Shown here one piece after another: positions 48,301 to 60,739 of a stretch of DNA of 64,000 nucleotides. Source of the DNA: Marsupella aquatica (taxonomy: Eukaryota > Plantae > Marchantiophyta); contig OZ316894.1 of the NCBI GenBank assembly GCA_973895155.1, forward strand, positions 26,707,240 through 26,771,239, given 5' to 3'. The position numbers and the translations under genes were made by a program. The stretch's first letter is position 1. The number at the start of each line of letters is the position of its first letter. Below the pieces are notes generated by a model that was given only the letters and a program-made list of their open reading frames with translations, was not told the DNA's origin and did not search any database.

Positions 48301-51300
48301 GCCATCTTCAATAGAGAAGGTAATCCTTTTCCAATTATATGTTTCTTCACATTGGATTTTGTTGATCTTCCTCCCAGTTGTCGAAAGCGGTTTATATCAG
48401 CTGCATGCCTGCTGTGTGCTAATCGAGTTCGGATGGGCTATCTTCGTCTCTTGCAGGTGAGAAGTAGAGACCGAGTCAAACTGAATCTGCAACCAGAAGA
48501 GAAACCCAAGAATGAGAAAGAAGCCAGCCCCGAGAAGAAGAGCTATGATGCCGAATATGTGAACCATCGAAATCTGGTGAGTCGATCATTAGTGTGGCCA
48601 TTAGCGGCACTATGCATGATACGTTGTGCTTGAGGAAAACACTCGGATGGTTGTGAATGAGCTCTTAAGTTCGACGCCAAATGTGAAGTGGCTAAGTTGG
48701 TAGATGGCATGCTCCTGCAGTGGAATGAGTTGTCACCTGGAGTACAAATGGACATTGTCCCCCCAGGGGGTCGGAGTGCTGCGCATGATTACTATGGAGG
48801 CCGAGACTACTCTAAAACCCCCAATCTGCTCTCAGAAGAGATGATGAAATGCATGATCGGCATTTACTGGCATCTCGCCGACCCTGCTGTTGTCCCGAGG
48901 AATCAGTCCTCTTACGACTCACCAACATCACATTTGGGGAACACATCCTTATCGTCTTCGGTTTCTTCGTTTTCTGAGTACTCGTTGATGTCATTCGTTC
49001 GAAGTCCTCTTGTTGATCTGAGAAGCAAGGACGATATCCTGGGGTCTGAAAGCAGTCCCGACCCTTACCGGACTAGGGGGAGAATACCCTGGGCAGACAT
49101 TGGTTTATACGGCAAAGTGCTAGAAGTTCCGTGGATGTCCATAAGGACAGACCAACTTGGTTATGCTTCACAGGCCTTAAATAAGTTCAGGTACCAAAAA
49201 TCTCCTTTGCACTAATGAGAAGTGCCTCTATTCTCATCAGGGAGAACGTGTAGATTTCGAAATTCGAACGAATTACTGCAGCTGTACTCTACTCTGGTGT
49301 GAGGATAGTTATGGAAATTTCGCTTTATCGTCCTTTCACTCAATGTTCACAGCTGTTTTGTGCATCTGGATGTTGCAGATTTCTCGCCGAACAACTATCT
49401 GAGGTGGATTCATTGTTAATGACACATTCGCAAAAGCTTGCGTTTTGGCTCAATTTATACAACTCTCTCATGATGCACGTAAGAATATTTATTTCATTGC
49501 TACACTGATTATTGCTGTTCCAATTGCTCGACAAAATTTAGTTTAACTGTCTCGAAATGACAATCAGATTGTCCACACGCTGAGAAGGTTGGGAGACTTT
49601 TGCTTATGAAATACTTCGAATGCTTCAGGCCTTTCTTACGTATGGCATGCCCCGAAACGATCTCAAGTTTTTTGCACTATTGCAAAAGGCTACTTTCAAT
49701 GTTGGCGGATATTCCTTCAACGCTGCAACTATCGAGCATTCGTTACTAAGAGGGAAAACTCCCTCGTATCGTCCTCAGCTGGTATGCTGCGCGTATGTAG
49801 ACTTGCTTGGGAGGATTGATTGCTGATGTTATACTGTGTTGTGTTTGCCCGAATGATAATGCTGCTTTCGGATATAGTAATTCTGACAACTGTTTATCAG
49901 CTCGAACCCCTAATGCTCGATTGTGTTCATAAACGACCACTTCAGGGGCTGCTGATGGCTCTTCATAGGAACAAATGGACTTTAACGGAGGAGCAAAGCA
50001 AATTTGCCATCGATTATCCAGAACCCCAAATGATCTTTTCCCTTTGCTGCGGAGCTCGTTCGTCACCAGCGGTAAGTCTTGATCTTTCTTGCCCTCACCG
50101 CAATTTATGATGTCTCCTTGGTCAAAAAATTGCTTTCTCTCGATTCAGAACATTGTATTTCCGTCCTTCGAAGTTCTGTAAGTATAGGTGTAAAGAACCT
50201 GTCCGACATCCATGGCTAGGAAGTAGCGCAAATACTTGGTTATTGTGCGACGCCCGCAGCCGTCCTGTCACGGGTTTCGGTCTCTGCTCTCACAGGCACG
50301 GGTTTTCCTCCGATGGTGCTTGTCCATCAGTCAAAGCTTTTGTGTGTCCACCATTGGTTGATGCGTACTACAAGGACTTAGGGCTTGTGAAATTTGCCGC
50401 CTCGTCGGCGAGAATGTGATATGATCATATGAGCGTCGTTGTCCGGTTGTTGCATGTACATACTGGTGTACGTTGGCACGGATTGATGGAGTTCATAATT
50501 ATGGTCTAGAGGTGACAATGTCGTCGACTCGTCGCCAAGTCTCTATATATAGCCTTCCATCTAGAAGCGAGAGCGATGAACTCAGGATTGACAGGAAAGA
50601 TATTTTCCCCCGTACAAAGTCTCGGGATTGTGATAGCAGATCTTGCCGTGTCCCCAAAGGAAAATTCCAAACAAAAAGCGATCATTCTTATTGGTTGAAC
50701 TGTAGTTTAGTTGTTTAGACCGGCCCCCAAAAATGGCCCGAGAGTTTCTAATCAAATTAAAATGGATGTTCACCCATCTATCTAGCATAAATAAATCTGC
50801 AACTAATCTAATGAAAAGGTTTCCATTTGAGATTATAATAGATACTGTTTTTATCTACAACAGGTTTTGTATATTCAAAGTTAAGTTGGAGGGGATCGAG
50901 TCTTTCTTTTCCTTTTTCTCCTTATTCTCTCTCTTACACCCGGGCCTATTTTAAGTGTTACTTCTCTTTTTATAGTACAACCTACCTATTTTATGATATA
51001 CTTAGTACTACAGGGAATCGAGGCGTTATTAAATTCGGTGAGCAAATAAGAGAATTAAATTTGGGGCAAGGAAACGTTTAGTATTTTTTTGTTTTTTGGA
51101 ACCAGGGAGTGTTCACGTGAGAAAATAAGCGAATTGAACATGGGGTGAGAATTTAGCGAGTCTGTTTTAATGAGTTAGGCAAGGAGTGATTTCCGTTCTC
51201 ACTGGTTTTCTACTTAAAGGTTACTATCTGAACTTTGTTGAATTGTGTGATGGGTCCCAGAAAGCTATTAGGGCATCGGTAGTTGCAGATGATGGCTTTT

Positions 51301-53449
51301 GGCCATAAGCAAATGGCCCTAGCTTTTTCAGTGGGTTGTGTATGCCGAGGACTCATGGGATGGGAATAGGCTTCTTCCATGCCACACCTTGGCTTCTTCT
51401 ATGAGAACAAGACAGACGGACGCGGCAATAGGAGATGCTCTCTCCGGCTGAAGTCAGCCAACTGAACTGTCGAGACTCAGGAGGAAGCTTATGATTACTC
51501 TGGCATGGGCTGGCTCTGGCGGGCCATGGACGTCAATTTAGAGTTATTGTTTTCAAGAATCGTGCAGCCGGACTTCCTACGTGAAGACATCGCTCCTAAG
51601 GGTGTCCCTTAGCCGATTTTTCTGGCTAGAGACAGGTATCTTTTGGTACCATTCGTAGATACACTACGTTGTTAAGATCATGAGAAAGGTTTACAATCCT
51701 GCAGCTGTGGACGTGGGGCCAGGTTTCTCCCTGCAAGGGATTTTGCCTCACTCTTGCCTCACTCTTACTTTTGTGTCAACCCAACAAATGTGCATGCTCC
51801 GACAACGATGGCTGTAGTTATCATTCTTTTTTGTTTTTAACTGAAATGGGGAAGAACACTTAGTAGACTCTCCCCATCCCAATAGTGACGCTTTCTGATG
51901 CGAGTTGGGATCCGTACATGTAGTGGAGAGTGTTGGACTGCCATGCGATACCTTAGGGTTTTTGAACAAGGTATTGCATGTAATTTGGACTCGACTAGCA
52001 CGTTGTACGTGCCGGACCGAAGTTTAGCACCGAAGTTAATGAAACGTACTGTAGCCCTGGATCTCTGCTAGCCAGTCAGTTCTGTGAACCGGACCGAAGG
52101 CTGGACTTCAGCCATTAATTTGGGAGAGAGTTTCAAACCTGTAGCCACGGATGTGGCCCTTGGAGCTGTGTTTGGACGTCTCGTGTGAAGCATTCTGGAA
52201 TCTAATTCTGGAATTCATCAACCCTTCTCGAGGGTTGGAGCGTTGCGTCCGAGACTGTCGAGGTAAGCATGCTTTTGCGATCTTTTCTGAGCCTGACTGT
52301 TGGTGAAATGGGGCACCCTGATAAGGATCTTGGGTTCTATTAACTCACCCGTTTTTTTCATCTCTCGGCTCCTACATAACCGGGATAGTCTTGCCTAGTT
52401 GGCACAGCAGTCCCCACTTTTGGGTTTGGTCCTCGTACTGTGTCATCCTGATCTTGAATCAACTCTTCGCCATCGTACAATTGTGCGAAGGTTGCATTCT
52501 GAGAAGTAACCATACAGGTGCAGGAATAGGGAGTAAGTGGTTTAGAGGAATCTAGTGGTACAGCATATGGAAGAGACGATGAATGAATCGTGACATGTTA
52601 GTACATGCACAGCAACTTGCCGTCCTCTTCCATGGCGTGCACATGTTTTTCCCGAGGTTTGATTGCCCGTCATCATCTGGTAGAATCTAACGGTACCACC
52701 GTAGATTACAATTAGTCCTTCTGACAGGAGACCTGAATGGCTACTTGTGAATTTTTTGGGGATCGCAGCGGATCTAGGAGATAGACTTTTTTGTCCGACG
52801 AGCAAATATTCGATGATCAACCCATTTCTGGTACCCCATCGGAGGCCATCAGGGGGTAGCCTCGTAATCCTTTTAGATATTGAAATTTGGCTTCCACTGT
52901 AGATGCGTACATTTCATCTCAACTTGTTTCGGGGTGCCGGCATATAGTTGTTTAATTAGCAATGACATTTACAGTAGACACTTACTAGTATAATTAACGA
53001 TTTTTGGTGAAGCAAATGTGTAAATGTGGTGAGCTGGGACGATCAGAGAAGTAGGTTGCCATAAATTTCGACAGGAAAGCTCGTCTCTCCTTGTGTCAGC
53101 TCTTCTGATCCGTTTCGCATATGTGATTCAGGTGCGTGTGTATACGGCGGGGAAAGTACATTTAGAGATAAATATGGCACTGAGAGATTACGCCCGTGCA
53201 GCCGTGGGATTGAACGGCAAGGGCAAATTGCTAGTTCCTAAGCTGTTGTACTGTTATGCTCATGACTTCGTCGACGACGCTAGCATTCTGGATTGGGTCT
53301 GTCAATTCCTACCAACGAATCAAGCGGGGCTGGTACGAGAATGCTGGCAGCACAGGCAAAATCGGCTGCTCGGCACGAAGAGCTTTGCTATCATGCCTTT
53401 TGAACTCAATTTCCGTTACTTGTTTGCTCCCATCTTTGACCTATACTGA
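45341..53449 (+). CDS. MIP1 leucine-zipper + DUF547 domain protein; exons 45341-45478, 46854-46943, 47045-47161, 47306-48319, 48457-48576, 48721-49190, 49379-49478, 49629-49781, 49946-50071, 53132-53449
   Basis: RFKLEEE|VMVLQKQLQKEVELHLALE...|ARELLEDIAALETVVAALE (Lzipper-MIP1), PNLLSEEMMKCM, KLAFWLNLYNSLMMH|AFL, NVGGYSFNAATIEHSLLR, FSLCCGARSSPA|VRVYTA and FRYLF (DUF547). The first exon and start codon are less certain. Confidence 0.9.
51250..51800 (+). mobile_element. Decayed LINE reverse-transcriptase fragment in the last (3-kb) intron of the DUF547 gene
   Basis: EAYDYSGMGWLWRAM (about 51484; cf. KAYDxVxWxxLxxAM) followed by *GCPLA (about 51597; cf. QGCPLS/A). Confidence 0.5.
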
Positions 53450-54799
53450 AACAGCTTGACTCTTTTTTGCCATGAACGATTTCAAAGATTTTCAATCCAA
53501 GAAGCAGCATACGTCGTGGGCATAAGACCGAAGGACCACAGGTTGATTTGCAGACAAAGCAGGAGAGGAAACAACCCGACTTACACACGCTGTCAGTAGG
53601 CTACCCGACATAGTTAACAAACACTTTTCCGAAGAACGACCTGGTGATCTACGTGCTCTGATGAACGATCCTGCTATCCTGGATCCCACCATCTTCGGAA
53701 TCTGAGAGCAATCTGGGGTTCATTTAGGTCAGTTTCTTAGGAGCCTTACCGCGACCATGATGGAAACTAAGCTGATGAGCACCATGATAAGCATTGACGT
53801 TGATAAAAACCTAGCTTGGTGGGTGGCTCTCTCTCCGATATCTCCACACAGCACAGGATGAGTGTCCTTGTTCTATATGAGCTCTGTTTGCCCTATGTTT
53901 TGACAAATTTAATATACACCTTTGGATTATGCTTTTAGTGCAAAGTTGTTTGGAATGATGAGTCTTAGTTGGCCTTGAGTGAGTCTCTTGATTTTTGCCA
54001 CGAGGGCATTGTCCCAAATGAAATAGGGCTGGGGATTTCCAATTTGGGAGAATACCTGGCATCGGAGGGCTTTAATTGATTTAAAGTCATCTTAAATTTA
54101 GTTTTACTTACTTCGGATGTTGTGTCAGCTAATTTTAGTTGGTGACACAACCGAATGCTCTGGACAACTTGTTTAGGCATTCTCACGAGTGATCAATGCC
54201 CAATGTCAAAATTCATTATGTGAATGGGGCTAGGTTTTAGGTCTGGAACGACGAAAGGAGAAGTAGCTTCACATTAGAAAAGTTGTTGGCTTTTTACTCA
54301 GGGGAAAGCAATATTCATGTATTGGAAGTTTATTTTGTCCTTTCTTCCCATTTGCTCCTCCTTTTCTAATGGTGTTTGAGGGAAGGAAAACGGGGAGGGA
54401 TGGACAGAGTGGGAAGGAGAGCGGGAGGAAAGGAAGGGAGGGAATGGGGGAGAGGTGAAAATAGTAAAGGCAAGAAAAGGGGTAAATTTATTCCCTCTCC
54501 ATATAGCATTATGCAACCCTACCTCCACACAATGCTCCATTGTGCATCCTCCTTGCTGAACACTCTCTTGCCCTCTCCAACAACTTTACTTTCACAACAA
54601 TAACAAATGAACTAAAATATCAATATTGTTGCACCAACAGCCATGCACCCAAAGACAATTTTGCAACCATAACATGACTACACAGATGACATGGCTAGAA
54701 GAACAACACTCATACAAAAATCACAAGACTGCTACAAGAACTATCAACTTTCAAAACCACCACAAAGCCATAGTGACATCCCAATCACAACCAAAACAC

Positions 54800-55315
54800 C
54801 ATTATCATTGTGCAATGCATGGATTTAGAGTTCAAAAGTTCACCTTGCTTCCATGACTCATCTCTTCTTAAATGACTTCCTCCACAACACCAACATTTCC
54901 ATTGCAACGCATGGGTATTGTTGCGCTCTCAAGACATGGTGACAACACCACATGGTTGTAATGACCACAAAGGTAATTGTGCAATGCATGGACTTAGGGC
55001 TCAAAAGTTCACCTTGCCTCCATGACACATCTCTTCCTCAATGACTTCCTCCACAACATCTCCTTTGCAATGCATGGGTATTGTCATGCTATCAAGACAT
55101 GGTGATAATATCACATGGTTGTAATGACCACAACGATAATTGTGCAATGCATGGACTTAGGGTTCAAAAGTTCACCTTGCCTCCATGACAGATCTCTTCC
55201 TCAATGGCTTCCTCCACAACATCTCCTTTGCAATGCATGGGTATTGTCGTGCTATCAAGAAGTTGTGACAACACCACATGGTTGTAATGACCACAGCGTT
55301 GTCTTGCAATGCATG
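54800..55315. repeat. Tandem repeat, about 163-170-bp unit x3
   Basis: attgtgcaatgcatgga.ttag.g.tcaaaagttcaccttgc.tccatgac recurs at about 54807, 54976 and 55139. Confidence 0.9.
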
Positions 55316-55749
55316 AGCATTGGGCTATCAACACATAACCTCACATTTGTATTCCAATGTGTTCATTGGGATTATTTATTTTATTATTTGATTATTATTT
55401 TTACACTAAACTTGCACACCTCATACCACATAAGGTTGCCACAATGACATGGCTGCAATCCTTGTCTCACGTGTATTTCTTTACTTCTTCTCAGCGTCTT
55501 TTCCTTTCCTTGACAACTTTGTTTCACCTCAACATGCCTTGATTGTTGAGCGCAAAGGCATCAGGCTTGTTACGGACCCCATTAGAGGTCCCTTCCAAAA
55601 TTCGAGACTCCTTAACGCTCCACATCATCAAGGCGCACTGCAAACAAGGACGGTTTTGTTTCCAAATAAAAATAACTATTCCTTTCGTGTTTGTGGCAAG
55701 TTCTTGGTAAAAATGAGAGCGCCATGCCGTAAACCATAATGTAATTTTA

Positions 55750-56650
55750 TGTGACAACCATTTTAGTTACCATTTTAGTTACATCAAAATCTTGAACAAA
55801 CGTGGTTACTGACAAATTCCTGAACCTGAATGGATTGAATGCAAGATTGGCATCAAGGCGGCAACCTTTTGGAAAAACGATTGGAAGATGGCCTGCACTA
55901 TTACTAGCCATATGAGATTTGAACCTGACGTGGGTGTGGAAGTTTAGGTAGACGAGTTTATAAATGAAGATTTTGGACAATCATACCAACAAATTGTGAG
56001 AACCAATTTCCCTCATGTACAATGAACAAAATCGCCAGTAAAAGTGGTGCTCAAGATGTTCAATAGAACGAGTCTGAGGAGTTTCTGTGGCTGAATATCA
56101 AAGGAATGGTCGAAACACAAAAGATTTGAAATAGAGCAATCCAGACTTTCGACTCTGATCATTCACCACAGCTAGCAAATTAAAATTCTAAAAAATTGTC
56201 AAGCAGTCCTCCTGTATTGCCATGAAATTGGCTGCTCGGCAGAACTATCTTAAGGGTTTAGGGTTACCCCAGCATCAGGGGGAACGGATTGGAATGAAAC
56301 AACCAGTCCAATGCTTGATGGAATTTATGGGTAACTTAATTCTTAAGGCTCTCTTCCCAAATAGTGTAACATGACAGGGCGTAGCCCTATCAAGGTCCTC
56401 TCTTCTAATCATTCACAGATGGGGTACGCGATAGAGCCTGCAAGGTGACAAGTTTTTAAGACGGAAATAGTTTCAGTCAAACAAAAGTCTTGAGGAACAG
56501 ATACGGCAGGTGTTCAAGTTGTGGTTCTAACACTGTCAAACGATCCACGACAAATGCAATCTAATGTTCACGTCTGGCGTGATTCGACTCCAAACAAATT
56601 TGATGTCCATGGGGGTTGGGATGAACTGTGAGACAATGCAACATTAGTGA
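55750..56650 (-). mobile_element. Possible decayed LINE RT fragment
   Basis: Minus-strand remnants resemble RPxxL, EQxxF...DN and FD.xH motifs of L1 RT. Many disablements. Confidence 0.35.
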
Positions 56651-59568
56651 TGGTCTTGGTATTGAACTCATCCTGTTCAACTGAAAAATGTCATGCACAA
56701 TCAAAATAATATCATGAAAGCATTAACACATGTTCCAACTTACAAGAGAACTGTGTTGTACTTCAGTTCTCTAACATTCCACATGAGTGGTGCCCACACC
56801 TGCTCTTGCCGAGTGCAAGAACGTAGATGCTTCAAAGAGAAGGATTGCTTCGGGCCAAAGAATCAAGAAAAAACCTTCAAGAAACCTAACGGTGAATATT
56901 GAAGAGAAGCATTAATGTGTGAAATCTTTGTTTAAAAAAGCGCACAAAGAGGAGAACATGAAACTAAGCTCAAGTTAGAAAGTAATTAAGGAGAAAAGTG
57001 CAGTAAGTAGACGTTTATGCACCCAAACGCAAAGGCACTTGGATCACTTGGCCAAGCAGACTAATCTCAATACGTTTGAAACAAAAATAGGCATTCTAAA
57101 ATGCATTCAACTAAAAATTAAACTCTTAGATTATATAAAGCAGTCCTGTGTTTTAATTCTGGGTGCACTTGAAATACTCAGAGAAGAAGATGGTCATGCA
57201 CTAAACCGGAATAAGGCCGACATAAGAAAATGAACGTGAGCAGTTCTTGGGACTATTAAATCTACTATCACTACTTTTCAATCTCAACATCTATTTAAAC
57301 TACAATCACAAAACAGATAGGGGTCCACCAACTAATTCAATCAAAGAGAGTGGTATTTAGTTCTCCAATAAAGGAGACTAATGTTTAATGCATTTCGACT
57401 TCGGTTTACACAAGAGCCGTTCGCTCGCAATAGGGAATTAGCCTTGCTAGCCAAATCTACTGTTTCCTCGTAACATACAACACCTTAGGCTGCACTCTAC
57501 ACAGTGGCCTTCGAAAGAGCAAACCCGCTTTACTAGTAAGATCGAGGGGACCGTTTGGACTAGGCCGACATGGGGGTGAGAAAGGAGGAGTGGAGCCTGA
57601 TGGTCGCTAAATTTTCAACAGGGTCGCCCTTGCTCGCTTCGCAACCTTCCCCTGAGTACGTAGATTGAAGCTTAGACTGCGAGCTTCAATGGCTATGGAA
57701 AGGTTGAGGGTTCTGCGGCGTGGCCCTTCAATAGTTGAGTTGTGTGAGGTCGTGAGAATAAAACGAGAGCTTCACAAAGTTGGGATATGCCAAGTCTTCT
57801 ACGTCATTCAGCCTGTCGGCCGAGATAAGTTGTTCCTGGTTTTGCAGTTTTGCAGTAGTACTTCATGCGCAATACATGATACAAGCAGTCAGCGGGCAGC
57901 TACAATGCAGAGCCGGCGACAGCAGTCTGTGAGTGCTGCAAGGTGGGTTTTCTTCTTTTGCTCGTCTATTCTTGGCTGTCAGCCTATTATTCGCCCCATC
58001 TCTTAGTGCATTGTCTTTTGTTTTCGTCTTTGGAATCCCTGCTGCGACACGGTCTTAGTAAGCGGAAGAGGTGATCAGGTCCCGGGTTTATCTTTTCCTG
58101 AGGTTTGTGTATGAGCCGGGATCTGTAGTTTGGGGCACAGTAGTGCATGGGAGATGCCGGGCATCTTTTTAGGGCATGAGATTTCGGTCATGTTACGTAG
58201 TGGAATAAGATGGATTTGCTAACTGGGAGCTTTGATATTATTTGCGAAGTCCGAGCTTGGATTTACAGAGTTAGGCCTTCGGAAACATATTTAGCTGCTT
58301 CATTATTTCTTCCCCTCGTGTCACACTGTGCACCAAATAATCCACGGAGAAATCGCTGCCTTTCTATAAGGCAGTGAGGATAGGTGACAATATGGGGATA
58401 GTTTAGGACGTGTTTGTGAACGTTCGTTGGTTTACCGATCGCCCGGGAAGATTTGTTTTATAGCTAGAGTATCCGATCCTCCAACATAATTTGCTGACTC
58501 CTTCCTCGGCCCACTTCATCTTGCAGAAGATTTGCTCTTCAACAAGTGAGTATGGGGTGCCCTTCTAGCGTACTAATGAAGCGGTAATCGTGGTAGGCGT
58601 GACTATCGAATATTTTGAGGGCTCTGAAGAGTCACCCGGGGCAGAAAAGAATGATTTTAAACGTCGTGAGAGGTAGTGTTTCAAGCAAGACCCTTTGGCT
58701 TTGCCGTGGGTGACAGCGAGCACATTTGTGTGTAGATGATCGATTCGTTCAACAGTGCCATTGGAAATGGGTTACCCCAGTATCTATGTGCACTACGGAC
58801 CCTCCTGTCCGAATAGTCCGAATACTTCACTGCTGAATTGGTCCTAGATAGATTTGATTATTCAGGTCCCCAGTTCCGAAGATTCCGTCCACTGGCGGTA
58901 CATTTTATCCATCGAGCTGGCAGACATAGTCGTGTTGTACTAACTAGGAAGCATGTACAGAAGTAGTGTTTACGACCTCATACTCTCGAACACAGCGTTG
59001 GAGGTGAATTGTGACTCTCCGTTCATTTGTACTATGTTTGAGATCGTAGCAGTTGACTCCGAGCGTTTGTCCTGAACGCAATTAGCAGACAGATGCTCTT
59101 GTGTGGGTCTGATTGGTAGTTGAGATTGCAGAATGCAAGCAGGTCGGAACAGGTGCGAAATTATGGACCGAAGGATACCAGGTTTGGAGTCGAGGCGAGG
59201 CGAGGGCTCTTACACTCCAATGTGTTGAGGAATTACCGGATGCTGAGAAGCTTACCATGAGCCCAATGGTATAGAAGACAGCTGCTTAACGTAATTATTG
59301 TCCGCCCCTCATAAAATTATGTCTTGTTGTGTCGTAGGTGCGTGACATCCTTGAACCAGTCACTCATTTGCTTTGTGAATCTGTAACTCTTTTCTAAGTT
59401 CAAAATGTGGTTACAGGGCAACATTTGGGTTCTCCTGAAGTTAATAGGGATGGTATGACGGTGGCAAAGGCCTTCGCAAACTTGCATTCGGATCCTGGTC
59501 CTCCTACACCTCACTGAAATTCCAAGTGTCATTTCTTCTTGTAAGTATAGATGAATGCGATGTTGGAG

Positions 59569-60277
59569 GACGGAAAGAATCTTTACAACGAACTAGAAGT
59601 TGTGGAGTCTTGGTATACTGTGCTCGTAACACTTGTTCAAATTATTTGGACAGATGCCTGCGTACATCGTAGCACAAAATGCTGGAGTGGAAGGAGCAGT
59701 TGTGGTGGGCATGCTACTGGAGCGGAAGAGCATAGAGATTGGATACGAGGAGGCAAGAGGTGTGTGACTTTTCTACCTCTTACTACACATGATTTCTTCA
59801 TGTTCTGTTATGATTAGCGAGATGCAGCAGCTGAAAATAACGAGCCGTTGCAGCACTGGCATTGTTGAATTAATTAAGCAATTAAAGTCGATGGATTAGT
59901 TGTGCCCCTTTCAAGCGCCGTGTTTGGTCTAAAATTTAGAAGGATACGGCGTTCACTATACTTGTTTGTAATTGTAATACAAACTCTGATGTACCTTGAG
60001 TTGTGCCAACCAGTCCTTTGGGAAAAGGACCCTAATGCAAACAGGCGGAATTCCCTGTAAAGAAGGGAAAACCTTGAGAAGAGAGCTCAACGCTGTCCTA
60101 TTTAGGTGGATTTGCTTTAGTGAGAATGTATTTTGGGGGGAGTTATCCCTATCTTGGTTTGATGTGGAAGACTCGACTCTCCTTGATGCCTAGCATTGCA
60201 TTTCTTATCGTATTTGGTTTTTACACCCTCAGGTGTATATGTAAATATGGCCAAAGCTGGCATCATTGATCCAGTGA
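59569..60277 (+). pseudogene. Fragments of a mitochondrial-type chaperonin-60 (HSP60/CPN60) gene that retain splice sites
   Basis: DGKNLYNELEVVE (59569-59607); exon 59654-59759 MPAYIVAQNAGVEGAVVVGMLLERKSIEIGYEEARG; exon from 60233 VYVNMAKAGIIDPV, after which similarity is lost. These match CPN60 DGKTLxNELEVVEG, NAGVEGAVVVGKLLE and YVDMVKAGIIDP. Confidence 0.85.
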
Positions 60278-60739
60278 TCACCGAGTTGCCAAACAATGAT
60301 TCCCCTGCATTTCCATACCGCCAGGACTGCAAAGTGTACTGGAGTGTGAACGAGCATATAGATTCTTTTAGCTACCTGGATGTGCCTCTCACAATTATTT
60401 CGGTATTTGATTCTTAGACCATTGCATTTTTGACAGATCGCTGCTACTCTCAATTGAAAACGAGTTGTATCACTTTTGCGCGTTTTCCGTACCAAATGTA
60501 GCAGCAGAGCAAGGGAGGCAAGAAAATATATCTTTGGACGGAGGTAGGGGTCCTTGTCCCAGAATCATGGACTTACCGGTCTGCTATCTTGTTGTTAGCG
60601 TTTGATTGTAGAAATATGGTCTTGATTTTAGAAAACAATTATAAAAAGAATTCATTGCACCTCGTGAAGTCGCTTGCATTTTGTGCTGGTCAATCTGATC
60701 GTGGGTTGTGGTGCTCACAGAGGAAGCCCTAATCATAAG

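Noticed and set aside
50718-50955. Possible MITE in the DUF547 last intron (AAAATGGCCCGAG ... CCCGGGCCTATTTT)
   Set aside because: The inverted match is short and imperfect, and I could not identify a TSD.
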